From the NCBI GenBank assembly GCA_000434615.1, contig FR880848.1:39429-103428 (forward strand): 64,000 nt of DNA, in the 5' to 3' direction. Numbering within the stretch: the first letter of the stretch is position 1; each line of letters begins with the position of its first letter. The notes under the pieces are model-generated. The model worked only from the letters and a program-made list of their open reading frames with translations. It did no database searches and was not told the origin of the DNA. The position numbers and the translations under genes were made by a program. Shown here piece after piece: positions 54,751-63,997 of the stretch. The stretch comes from Clostridium sp. CAG:510. Lineage in GTDB: Bacteria; Bacillota; Clostridia; Lachnospirales; Lachnospiraceae.

Positions 54751-54912
54751 GCAGCATTCTGCATACTCATTCTGCGTTCCTGATACCATCCACGCAGACG
54801 CGCTTGCGCTTAGAAATCACCGTAGCGGTACATAAGATGCCACAGAACGGCATCTAAGTACCGACGGTGATTAAAAGTCTGCTTTGGATGGTATGCAGAA
54901 TGCAGAATGCAG
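54751..54912. repeat. About 160-nt intergenic region made of nested inverted repeats (a long imperfect hairpin)
   Basis: Outer arms cattctgcatac...accatcc and ggatggtatgcagaatg. Middle arms aatcaccgtagcggtac and gtaccgacggtgatt. Inner stem gatgcc-acagaac-ggcatc. Confidence 0.5.
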
Positions 54913-54921
54913 AGTTACTTC

Positions 54922-55896
54922 CTATAGATTCTCTTTGTACCAGTCAATGGCAAGGTTAATGCCCTTCGCGAAGTCGTATTCCGGGTCATAACCCAGAAGT
55001 TCACGGGCCTTGGTGATGTCCGCATTGGAGTCACGGATATCGCCTGCACGGTTGGGACCGAAGTTCGGCTCCACATCCTTGCCCAGTGCCTTGCACAAAT
55101 CATGGTAAACGTCGATTAAATATTCTCTGCCGCCGGCACCGATATTGAAAGCTTCGCCTGCCGCATCGGAGGATGCCAGACATGCCTTTAAGTTGGCTTC
55201 GATGACATTGTCTACGTAAGTAAAATCACGGGACTGTTTGCCGTCGCCGTTGATGGTAGGCACTTCCCCGTTCATAAGCTGCTTGATAAACTTAGGGATT
55301 ACCGCTGCATACATGCCGTTGGGGTCCTGACGTCTGCCGAATACGTTGAAATAACGCATACCGTAGGTGTCCAGTCCGTACAGTACTTTATACAGTCTGC
55401 CGTACTCTTCGTCCACGCGCTTGGTCAGCGCATAAGGAGAAAGCAGATGTCCTTCGTGTCCTTCCTTCTTGGGCAGTACCGGGTGGTCGCCGTATACAGA
55501 GGAGGAAGAAGCATAAACGAACTTCTTTACCCCGTTCTGACGGGAAGCTTCCATCATGTTTAAGGTGCCGCGGATATTGATTTCCTCATATAAAAGAGGC
55601 ATTTCAATACTTCTGGGAACACTGCCCCATGCAGCCTGGTTCAGCACATAGGTAACACCCTTTGTGGCTTCCATACAGGTGTCCAGATCCCGGATGTCTC
55701 CCTTGATAAAGGTGAATTTCGGGTTCTTGGTGAGAGGTTCGATGTTCTCATATTTACCGGTGGAAAGGTTGTCCAGACATCTTACGGTATAGCCTAACTC
55801 TAAAACGGCTTCACAGATATTGGAGCCGATAAAGCCCGCACCGCCGGTTACTAAAAATACGCTGTCTTCATCAAATTTTAAATTACGAAATCCCAT
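54922..55896 (-). CDS. UDP-HexNAc(A) C4-epimerase (TviC/WbpP-like SDR)
   Basis: FLVTGGAGFIGSN...FIKGDIRD...NQAAWGSVPRS...ASSSSVYGDHP...SPYALTK...RYFNVFGRRQDPNG...INGDGKQSRDF.... Collinear with TviC as I recall it. Confidence 0.8.
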   Translation of the reverse strand: MGFRNLKFDEDSVFLVTGGAGFIGSNICEAVLELGYTVRCLDNLSTGKYENIEPLTKNPKFTFIKGDIRDLDTCMEATKGVTYVLNQAAWGSVPRSIEMPLLYEEINIRGTLNMMEASRQNGVKKFVYASSSSVYGDHPVLPKKEGHEGHLLSPYALTKRVDEEYGRLYKVLYGLDTYGMRYFNVFGRRQDPNGMYAAVIPKFIKQLMNGEVPTINGDGKQSRDFTYVDNVIEANLKACLASSDAAGEAFNIGAGGREYLIDVYHDLCKALGKDVEPNFGPNRAGDIRDSNADITKARELLGYDPEYDFAKGINLAIDWYKENL

Positions 55897-55911
55897 GGTT
55901 TTGTACTCCTT

Positions 55912-57228
55912 TTATAATCTCCAGTAAATGAAATCGCCGGCTTCATATTCTTTTCTGTCGAAAATACCCTTGATATCCAGGAATACCTTCTGCTTGTGCT
56001 CCGGCTTGTAGAAGCCTGCAATATCCTCTTTCTTTAAGGATAAGAACTGAGTATGGGAAACGGCAATCAGCACGGCATCCATATCCTTTACTTCCTCCAT
56101 GGTTCCGAAGGTAATGCCGTAAAGGCGCTTTGCTTCGTCTGCATCGGCAGCCGGGTCTACCACAAGAGGAGTAATGCCGTACTCTGCCAGCTCGTTGTAA
56201 ATATCGATAACCTTGGTGTTTCTGGTATCCGGGCAGTTTTCCTTGAAGGTAAAGCCTAAGATTGCCACTCTGGCGTTCTTTACCGGGATGTCCGCCTTAA
56301 TCAGGTTTTTCACCAGACTTTCTGCCACATACTTGCCCATATCATCGTTGATACGGCGTCCGGAAAGAATAATCTGGGAATGATAACCGAGCTGTTCTGC
56401 CTTGTAGGTCAGGTAATAAGGGTCAACACCGATGCAGTGTCCGCCTACCAGACCGGGATAGAATTTAAGGAAGTTCCACTTGGTTCCCGCTGCCTTTAAT
56501 ACGGACTGGGTATCAATGCCCATTTTATTGAAAATAATGGATAATTCGTTCATGAAAGCGATATTGATATCTCTCTGGCTGTTTTCAATAACCTTGGCAG
56601 CTTCCGCAACCTTGATGGAGTCTGCACGGTAAACACCGGCTTCTACAACCAGTTCATATACGTTGGCAATTTCTTCCAGAGTCTCCGCATCCATACCGGA
56701 TACAATCTTGGTAATGGTTTCCAGACGGTGTACCTTGTCGCCCGGGTTAATTCTTTCGGGAGAGTAACCAATCTTAAAGTCAACGCCGCACTTTAAGCCG
56801 GATTCCTTCTCTAAGATAGGAACGCAGATATCTTCGGTAACGCCGGGATATACGGTGGATTCAAATACGACGATGGAGCCCTTGGTCAGGTTCTGTCCTA
56901 AAATCCGGCTGGCGCCTTCTACCGGAGTAAGGTCCGGAGTATGGTCGGGATTTACCGGTGTGGGTACTGCCACAATATGGAATTTGGCTTCTTTTAACTT
57001 GGAAGGATCTGCTGTAAAATCCACCTTGGTTTCCTTGATGACATCGTTGCCGACTTCGTTGGTCGGGTCCACACCGCTCTTATACAGTTCGATTTTCTTT
57101 GCATTCAGGTCGAAGCCCACTACCTGGATTTTTCTGGCAAAGGCAACCGCAATCGGCATGCCTACATAGCCAAGGCCTACTAATGATAATTTTTCTTCAC
57201 CGCTTAAAAGTTTTTCGTACAAGCTCAT
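55912..57228 (-). CDS. UDP-N-acetylhexosamine 6-dehydrogenase (TviB/WbpO/WecC family)
   Basis: LSLVGLGYVGMPIAV (NAD-binding site), GGHCIGVDP (catalytic Cys). 438 aa. Confidence 0.8.
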   Translation of the reverse strand: MSLYEKLLSGEEKLSLVGLGYVGMPIAVAFARKIQVVGFDLNAKKIELYKSGVDPTNEVGNDVIKETKVDFTADPSKLKEAKFHIVAVPTPVNPDHTPDLTPVEGASRILGQNLTKGSIVVFESTVYPGVTEDICVPILEKESGLKCGVDFKIGYSPERINPGDKVHRLETITKIVSGMDAETLEEIANVYELVVEAGVYRADSIKVAEAAKVIENSQRDINIAFMNELSIIFNKMGIDTQSVLKAAGTKWNFLKFYPGLVGGHCIGVDPYYLTYKAEQLGYHSQIILSGRRINDDMGKYVAESLVKNLIKADIPVKNARVAILGFTFKENCPDTRNTKVIDIYNELAEYGITPLVVDPAADADEAKRLYGITFGTMEEVKDMDAVLIAVSHTQFLSLKKEDIAGFYKPEHKQKVFLDIKGIFDRKEYEAGDFIYWRL

Positions 57229-57258
57229 GTTCGTTTCCTTCCTGTTCTTTATCTTAAT

Positions 57259-58353
57259 TTATTTTATTTCCTGCATATAAGCATCAACTACGGTTTCACG
57301 GGAAAACTCCTGTTCCATTTTCTCTCTTCCCATTTCTCCCATATGCTTCCTCTCATTATAAGGTAAACAGATAAATTTTTCAATTTTTTCTGTTAAATCC
57401 TCTACACTGCCCGGCTGAATCAGATATCCGGTAATGCCATCCGCCACACACTCCCGGCACCCCGGCACATCTGTGGTGATTAAGGCTCTGCCGCAGGCTG
57501 CAGCTTCCAGACAGGCATTTGACATCCCCTCCGCTTCAGAAGGAAGAATCAGGCACTGGCTTTCTTCCAGATCCGGACGCACATCCTGCTGCATGCCCCG
57601 GTAATCAATAATTTTCCGATTTTCGTATTCCCGCATTTTTTCTTTATAGTCTTCTTCAATAAAGCCCAGTACCCGGAACTCTGTCTGCGGGTATTTTGTT
57701 TTCACCCTCTCCGCTGCCTCAAGGAAAATATCGATTCCCTTCATCTTGGCAATGCGGGCTACCCAGATGAAACGTATGGAATCCGTTTTTGGTGGGAATT
57801 CCATCCGGGAAAATTCCTCTAAATTTACTCCGGAACCCTTTACCAGAGCATATCGTTTTCCTCCTATATTTTTGTCTGCAAATACGGCCCTGTTAGCGTC
57901 GTTCTGAAAAAATACCTTTTGTGCCCTCTGTAAGGCCACCTTGTACATAAAGAGAAGAATATTCCTCATGATTCCGCCTTCTTCAATCGCTTTCCCCAGC
58001 CCGGTAACGGTACATACACAGGGAATTTTCAAAAGACGGCAGGCGAAACCTCCGTAAATATTCGGTTTTATGGTATACGTGAAAACTATCCTTGGTTTTA
58101 ATTCTTTTAAGATCTTTCTGTAGCGCAAAAATTGTCCGGCATCCTTTATGGGATTCATGCCTCTTCTGTCCACAGGCACATCCACCACTTCACACCCAAG
58201 CTCTTTAATCCGCTCCGCTTCCTTCGTGCAGGGAAGCACTACTACCACCCGGTAACCTGCTTCTATCAGCCGTTTCACGAATTCCTTACGAAAATTATAA
58301 ATAACAATATGATGATTTCCGATCAGTACGACGGTCTCTTTTTTTTCATTCAT
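57259..58353 (-). CDS. GT4 glycosyltransferase
   Basis: ...PSEAEGMSNACLEAAACGRALITTDVPGCRECV... 364 aa. Confidence 0.75.
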   Translation of the reverse strand: MNEKKETVVLIGNHHIVIYNFRKEFVKRLIEAGYRVVVVLPCTKEAERIKELGCEVVDVPVDRRGMNPIKDAGQFLRYRKILKELKPRIVFTYTIKPNIYGGFACRLLKIPCVCTVTGLGKAIEEGGIMRNILLFMYKVALQRAQKVFFQNDANRAVFADKNIGGKRYALVKGSGVNLEEFSRMEFPPKTDSIRFIWVARIAKMKGIDIFLEAAERVKTKYPQTEFRVLGFIEEDYKEKMREYENRKIIDYRGMQQDVRPDLEESQCLILPSEAEGMSNACLEAAACGRALITTDVPGCRECVADGITGYLIQPGSVEDLTEKIEKFICLPYNERKHMGEMGREKMEQEFSRETVVDAYMQEIK

Positions 58354-58356
58354 ATT

Positions 58357-59223
58357 TCATTCCTCTGTACGTCTGATGGATTCCTTAAAATCAACCACGC
58401 AGTAGGCATAGTTCTGATAATCGGACATTCCTTTTTCATAAGCAAGGCTGCCAAAAACTTTATTTATGATTCCTAAAAATCTTCCCGCCGGATAAATCAA
58501 AAAATTAAATGCCTTTGTTATATGCATCTTTTTGTTGTGACAGGCGGCAATCTCCTTTACCATTTCCGTGGTGGTTACATATTCTTTGTTCTGCGGATAA
58601 AAAGTTCCGCCCTCTCCGCTGTCCACAAGCAGTCTGACAAATTCGCACAGATTATCCACAAACAGCATGCTCCGGGTATTTGGGATATTGGGGAAAATCG
58701 GACACTTTTTTGCCAGTGCCGACAGCTTTCTGTAATTTCCTTTTGAATCCCTGCCATAAATCATAGGAGGACGCAGCACCGCCACTTTGAAATTTTCATC
58801 TGCAAGAGGACAAATTCCCTGTTCCGCTTCAAGCTTGCTCTGCCCGTAAAAATCCGCAGGAGTTTCTCTGGTAGATGCAGTAATCCATCTCTCTTTCCCG
58901 ACTCTGGCGCTGTTGCCGTAAACAATAATACTGCTCATAAAAATAAACTGCTTTGCACCGTCTTCTTTGGCTTTCTTTGCCGCGGCGATTGTCAGATCAC
59001 GGTTGACGGCAAAATACACATCCTTTAATTTGGGGTCTGCCGAAACATGGGCAATTCCCGCCACATGAAAAACGGTATCGTATCCGGCAAAAGACTGTTT
59101 CTGCCAGTCTTTGTTTTTCAAATCCGCCGTATGCACTTCATATTCTCCGTCCCTGCTCTTCAGCCAGTTTTCCACATGACATCCGATATAACTGTTTGCA
59201 CCGGTAATCAATACTTTTTTCAT
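58357..59223 (-). CDS. NAD(P)-dependent SDR reductase; probably a UDP-4-keto-6-deoxy-HexNAc 4-reductase (Cap5N/WbpV-like)
   Basis: MKKVLITGANSYIGCHV (Rossmann fold), YGQSKLEAE (YxxxK). 288 aa. Sits between the CapD-like dehydratase/PGT genes and a GT4 gene, the same order as in S. aureus cap5D-cap5M-cap5N. Confidence 0.6.
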   Translation of the reverse strand: MKKVLITGANSYIGCHVENWLKSRDGEYEVHTADLKNKDWQKQSFAGYDTVFHVAGIAHVSADPKLKDVYFAVNRDLTIAAAKKAKEDGAKQFIFMSSIIVYGNSARVGKERWITASTRETPADFYGQSKLEAEQGICPLADENFKVAVLRPPMIYGRDSKGNYRKLSALAKKCPIFPNIPNTRSMLFVDNLCEFVRLLVDSGEGGTFYPQNKEYVTTTEMVKEIAACHNKKMHITKAFNFLIYPAGRFLGIINKVFGSLAYEKGMSDYQNYAYCVVDFKESIRRTEE

Positions 59224-59846
59224 TCTTTTTCTGTCTCTTTCTTTTCCTTATGAAGGGTACCTGTTCCACCCTCCACGACACCGTCACTCCGAAGCACACT
59301 GAATACCGTGCCGAAAAGGCAGCGCAGATCAAAAAGGAAACTCATTTTTTTCACATATTCTCCGTCTAATTTCGCCTTCACCGGTATTTCCAGTTCATCC
59401 CTGCCGTTAATCTGAGCCCAGCCGGTAAGACCGGGAAGTATATCATTGGCATGATATTTATCTCTTTCCGCAATCAGGTCATACTGGTTCCAGAGCGCCG
59501 GACGGGGTCCCACGATTGCCATATCCCCTTTTACAATATTAATCAGCTGGGGGAGTTCGTCCAGACTGGTTTTTCTTAAAAAATGTCCTACCTTGGTAAT
59601 ATACTGATCCGGATTTTTAAGTAAATGAGTCGGTACATCCTTAGGCGTATCTATTCTCATGGTCCGGAATTTATAAATCATAAAATGACTTTTGTAAATC
59701 CCCACTCTCTTTTGTTTGAAAAAAATGGGACCGCGGGATTCCACCTTAATGGCTATCACTAAAATGAGTAACACAGGAAAAAGAATAATAATAGCCGTCA
59801 ATGACAGGATAAAATCTATCACGCGTTTGATTTTCTGATAAACCAT
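59220..59846 (-). CDS. Initiating polyprenyl-phosphate sugar-phosphate transferase (small 'bacterial sugar transferase' type, PglC/Cap5M/WbaP C-domain)
   Basis: One N-terminal TM helix, then ...GPIFFKQKRVG...FMIYKFRTM...DELPQLINIVKGDMAIVGPRP.... Confidence 0.8.
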   Translation of the reverse strand: MVYQKIKRVIDFILSLTAIIILFPVLLILVIAIKVESRGPIFFKQKRVGIYKSHFMIYKFRTMRIDTPKDVPTHLLKNPDQYITKVGHFLRKTSLDELPQLINIVKGDMAIVGPRPALWNQYDLIAERDKYHANDILPGLTGWAQINGRDELEIPVKAKLDGEYVKKMSFLFDLRCLFGTVFSVLRSDGVVEGGTGTLHKEKKETEKE

Positions 59847-59848
59847 AA

Positions 59849-61702
59849 TTACTCCTCTTTCGGGTTATAGGTCGGTACAATTTCTTTAATCAGGCCCTTG
59901 ATGTCATTGCTTTCGTCCCGGGATGCCACTTCCAGATTGCGAAGCTGTCTGAAAAACAGGGACTCGTCCATCTCGATGGGCTTGCCGATATGAATCAGCT
60001 CGTTGTCCGTATTCTGCAGGCCTTCCTCATCCATCAGCAGTTCTTCGTATAATTTTTCACCGGGTCGGAGCCCTGTAAACTCAATTTTAATATCTTCATC
60101 CACTTTGTAGCCGGAAAGACGGATTAAATTCTTGGCAAGGTCTAAAATCTTTACCGGTTTGCCCATGTCCAGCACGAAAATCTCGCCGCCCTTGGCATAG
60201 GCTCCCGCCTGCAGCACCAGAGAAACCGCTTCCGGAATGGTCATAAAGTAACGGATAATGTCCGGGTGGGTAACCGTTACCGGACCTCCTGCCGCAATCT
60301 GCTTCTTAAACAGAGGAATGACACTGCCGTTGCTGCCTAAAACATTGCCGAACCGCACTGCCACAAATTCCGTATCGTAATGCCGGTTGAATACCTGCAC
60401 AATCATTTCGCAGATACGCTTGGACGCTCCCATAATGTTGGTGGGATTGACGGCTTTGTCCGTGGAAATCAGCACAAATTTCTTGGTGCCGAAAAAGGCT
60501 GCCGCCTGCGCGGTCTTAAACGTACCCATGACATTGTTCTTGACCGCCTCGTTGGGGCTGTCTTCCATGAGCGGCACATGCTTATGGGCTGCCGCATGGT
60601 ACACAATGTCCGGTCTGTATTTTTCAAAAATGGTATACATTCTCTTGGTGTTGCGCACGGAACCGATTAACACCACCAGGTTCAATTCCGGATGGTTTCG
60701 CAACAGTTCCTGCTGGATGTCGTAGGCATTATTTTCGTAAATGTCCACAATAATCAGGCAGGAGGGCTTGTGTCCGGCAATCTGTCTGCAAAGCTCGCTG
60801 CCGATGGAACCGCCGCCGCCCGTTACCAGCACGCATCTTCCCTGTACATAGCCTAAAATGGAATCGATGTCCACCACAATGGGATCCCTTCCCAAAAGAT
60901 CCTCCACGTCCACATCCTTTAACTTGCTTACATTGACCTCGCCGTTCACCAGCTGATACATACCGGGCAGGGTACGGAGTTTACATGTCGTATCCTTGCA
61001 GATATCAATAATCTTGCTGATTTCCGAACGGGAAACGGAAGGCATGGCAATAAAGATTTCATCAATGGCATAGGTATCCACCGCTTCCTTGATTTTGTCC
61101 CTGCCGCCGATGATTTTAATGCCCTGGATGAATTTGCCATGCTTATTCACATCATCATCAATCAGGCATTTTATCTGCATATGGGTGTATCTGCTGTTAA
61201 TAATATCCTTGATAATCAGGTTTGCCGCTTCACCGGCGCCGATAATCATGATATTGGTAAGCCTTTCCTTTTTTCTGCCCTTCTGCCGCAGGCTTCGTAA
61301 AAACCGATAGCTGAAACGGCTGGCAAAGGTAAACGCAATCTGCAGGAATACAAACATAAAATAATAGCTGCGGGGAACCGGTTTGCCGGCAATCATCAGC
61401 CCCAGGCCGTTAAGTGCCGCTGTCACACCGCATGCCGCCACAATATTCTGCAGCTCGTTTACACTGGCAAATGCCCAGAGACTGTTATACAAACGCAGTA
61501 TTTCAAATACCACCACGGTAATCAGCATGGTGATGGGCATAAAAGAATAGACAGAATCCAAAAAAACAGGGTCAATATCCTTGTATACAAACTCGTAACG
61601 CATCCACAAAGCCATAACGGAAGAAGCGAACACGGCCGCAATATCATAAATCAGCAAAAATATTCTTCTGTATAAAAGTGCTGTATTGATTGTTTTTTTC
61701 AT
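59849..61702 (-). CDS. Membrane-bound UDP-GlcNAc 4,6-dehydratase (CapD/WbpM/PglF family)
   Basis: 4 N-terminal TM helices, then two Rossmann domains (...MIIGAGEAANL... and ...VLVTGGGGSIGSELCRQI...) and ...GASKR... (YxxxK equivalent). 617 aa. Confidence 0.8.
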   Translation of the reverse strand: MKKTINTALLYRRIFLLIYDIAAVFASSVMALWMRYEFVYKDIDPVFLDSVYSFMPITMLITVVVFEILRLYNSLWAFASVNELQNIVAACGVTAALNGLGLMIAGKPVPRSYYFMFVFLQIAFTFASRFSYRFLRSLRQKGRKKERLTNIMIIGAGEAANLIIKDIINSRYTHMQIKCLIDDDVNKHGKFIQGIKIIGGRDKIKEAVDTYAIDEIFIAMPSVSRSEISKIIDICKDTTCKLRTLPGMYQLVNGEVNVSKLKDVDVEDLLGRDPIVVDIDSILGYVQGRCVLVTGGGGSIGSELCRQIAGHKPSCLIIVDIYENNAYDIQQELLRNHPELNLVVLIGSVRNTKRMYTIFEKYRPDIVYHAAAHKHVPLMEDSPNEAVKNNVMGTFKTAQAAAFFGTKKFVLISTDKAVNPTNIMGASKRICEMIVQVFNRHYDTEFVAVRFGNVLGSNGSVIPLFKKQIAAGGPVTVTHPDIIRYFMTIPEAVSLVLQAGAYAKGGEIFVLDMGKPVKILDLAKNLIRLSGYKVDEDIKIEFTGLRPGEKLYEELLMDEEGLQNTDNELIHIGKPIEMDESLFFRQLRNLEVASRDESNDIKGLIKEIVPTYNPKEE

Positions 61703-61705
61703 ATT

Positions 61706-63997
61706 TTATAAATCCTTCGTATCCTTTATTTTAGGCATAAGCAGTACCAGTACGAAAAACAGGGCAAAGCCTGTTGGAATATAGGGGAGCATCACCCATT
61801 CCACCAGACCGCAGATACCGAATACCCCGATAACCGCTACCGGCACAATCCCGGCTTTTCCCCCTTTGTGTCTGCTGTAATAATAAATGCTTCTGATTCC
61901 GAATACCACGCAGAACAGAAGAAAATAAATACCCGCTCCGATACCGAAGTCATATGCCACCTGAATGTAGGCATTGTGGGCATGGGCAATCATCTTGCCG
62001 TTATCCCCCTGTACCGCTACGTCCCTGTGTCCCTTCCAGTCAAGAAGCGACAGATACTTTTTATATATATCCATACGGCCGTTGGTATAATCGGCATTGC
62101 CGCCGATACCTTCCTTTTCCTCGGTCAGTTCCGGGGAAGAAAATCCGGTTACGCCCTCCTGTGTTTCGGAGACCGCAGCCTCCTGCGCCGTATGCTCTTT
62201 ATCATAATAGGTCAGCTTGGCATCAAATACTGCAAGAAACTTCCGCACGGTAATATAGCGGAAGGAATTCCAGTCCTCTCCTTCTTTGATGGAATCCTGG
62301 AACCATTCGATTTCAAAGGTCTGCGGCTTGTTGTAAACCGCGGGAATAATACGGCAGGCGGTAAAGGTACCCACAAAAAAGCCCGCCAGTGTCAGAAGCA
62401 ACAGCCCGGTACGAAGCAGTGCCTTTAAGATGCCGTCTTTAAATTCCGTAAAGGAAGTAACCACGATGAGCATCACTGCCAATGCCGCCGCCGCATAGAG
62501 TCCCGTCCGGGACGCGGTCAGCAGCATAAAGCCGCCGGCAAGTCCGAATACCCAGAGTTCCTTTAAGCAAAGAGAAATTTTCTTCGTTCTTGCATATTTA
62601 ACCAAAAAGACAGCCAGCGCCAGCACCAGCACGAAGCAGTCATAGACTGCAGAGGAAGTCACTGTGTGGAACACACCGGGATAACGGGTATGGGTGTAAA
62701 AATGGAACGGTCTGTGCAGCCATGCATAAATGCAGATACCCACAAAGTGTAAAAACACACCGTTTACAAAATTACTAAGATACCGTTCTCTGCCTCCTCT
62801 GTCCAAAAGCCGCAATGCAAATAAAATCCACAGGCACGCCCAGGTAACCGGCCACTGCTTTCCGTTCCGGCTCCGGATAAATTCTGTCAGAAGAAGGAGA
62901 AGCATAATGCTGTATACCGGTGAAATATTCTTAAATATATTTCTTTTTTTTCTGATATTCAGGAACAGATGGTACAGCACATTTACCGCTACCATGCCCC
63001 AGAGTGCGAAAGCAACCGCCGTTCCTCTGGCAAGGATAAGACTTTCTTCATCCGCTCCCCGCTGTACACAGTACCGGATGCTGGCTCCCGCTGCCAGTAC
63101 TATATAAACCGGCTGATATACATTAAAAAGTTCTTCCTTTGCGAAGCCGCAGAGAATTGCCAGAGCAAAGCAGGCTACGGTAATGTTGCCCGCGCTTTTC
63201 TGATCAAAGGTGGACAGGGCATTCAGGTATCTGACACATCCCAGCATCACGCCCGCAAAGGAAACCGTCTGCAGAATGTCCGGCAGTCTGTCCGACAGCT
63301 CTGAAAGACATTCTTTCAGGGAAAGTGTTCTTTCTACCACCAGTTCTTTTTTATGAAACAGACAATACCATGTAAAAAGCAGGAACAACAGAATACCGGT
63401 TTCATAGAAAATAATATCCACGGTTTCCGTTGCCAGTCTCTTTGCCGGAAATACGTTGTATGCGGCAAAAAGCGCTCCCGCTGCCGCCAGCACGCCTGCC
63501 GGCATCCGCCACAGCATGCCGATGCTCACTTTCTTTGCATCTTTTTTACGGAACACAAGCTCCGACGCCAGAAGAAGCAGCACACCGGCAAGCAGAATAC
63601 AGCCTCCTATGAGAAGATACTGCTTCGCCGTAAAATAAACCCGGTAGCCGTAGAGAATGTCCACATTTAAGCCGTCTTCCATGGAAAGCAGAAGCTCCGC
63701 TCCCGGACATTCTATGGAAAAATAGTACACCTCCCCTGCTTTCCATTCCCCGCGCATGGGAATGGTAAACAATCCCGGAATATTTTCTTCCGATAAGGAA
63801 AACACACTGTATTCCAGCTTGTTCAGGTTGGCGTCAAACAGGCGGAAATACAGAGTTTTTCCCTCTATATCCGCTGTGTCTTCGTTGTATACATAAAAAC
63901 TTAACGAGCGCAGGCAGTCATTCACCGGAATGAACTGCTGCAATACCGCTCCTTCGTTTGCGGTAATGGCTTTGGATTCTTTGTCCACGCTGCCCAT
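61706..63997 (-). CDS. Wzy/O-antigen-ligase-domain membrane protein (polymerase or ligase); it may continue beyond the window edge
   Basis: More than 12 TM helices. The Wzy_C-type segment has ...LLTASRTGLYAAAALAV... and a periplasmic loop ...HAHNAYIQVAYDFGIGAGIYF.... An extra C-terminal soluble region is present. The ORF's first ATG is 3 nt from the window end. Confidence 0.55.
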   Translation of the reverse strand: MGSVDKESKAITANEGAVLQQFIPVNDCLRSLSFYVYNEDTADIEGKTLYFRLFDANLNKLEYSVFSLSEENIPGLFTIPMRGEWKAGEVYYFSIECPGAELLLSMEDGLNVDILYGYRVYFTAKQYLLIGGCILLAGVLLLLASELVFRKKDAKKVSIGMLWRMPAGVLAAAGALFAAYNVFPAKRLATETVDIIFYETGILLFLLFTWYCLFHKKELVVERTLSLKECLSELSDRLPDILQTVSFAGVMLGCVRYLNALSTFDQKSAGNITVACFALAILCGFAKEELFNVYQPVYIVLAAGASIRYCVQRGADEESLILARGTAVAFALWGMVAVNVLYHLFLNIRKKRNIFKNISPVYSIMLLLLLTEFIRSRNGKQWPVTWACLWILFALRLLDRGGRERYLSNFVNGVFLHFVGICIYAWLHRPFHFYTHTRYPGVFHTVTSSAVYDCFVLVLALAVFLVKYARTKKISLCLKELWVFGLAGGFMLLTASRTGLYAAAALAVMLIVVTSFTEFKDGILKALLRTGLLLLTLAGFFVGTFTACRIIPAVYNKPQTFEIEWFQDSIKEGEDWNSFRYITVRKFLAVFDAKLTYYDKEHTAQEAAVSETQEGVTGFSSPELTEEKEGIGGNADYTNGRMDIYKKYLSLLDWKGHRDVAVQGDNGKMIAHAHNAYIQVAYDFGIGAGIYFLLFCVVFGIRSIYYYSRHKGGKAGIVPVAVIGVFGICGLVEWVMLPYIPTGFALFFVLVLLMPKIKDTKDL

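Noticed and set aside
54751-54912. Whether the nested inverted-repeat element is a MITE or IS remnant
   Set aside because: I see no flanking target-site duplication, no transposase fragment and no second copy in this window. I have kept it as a structured intergenic repeat, not as a mobile element.
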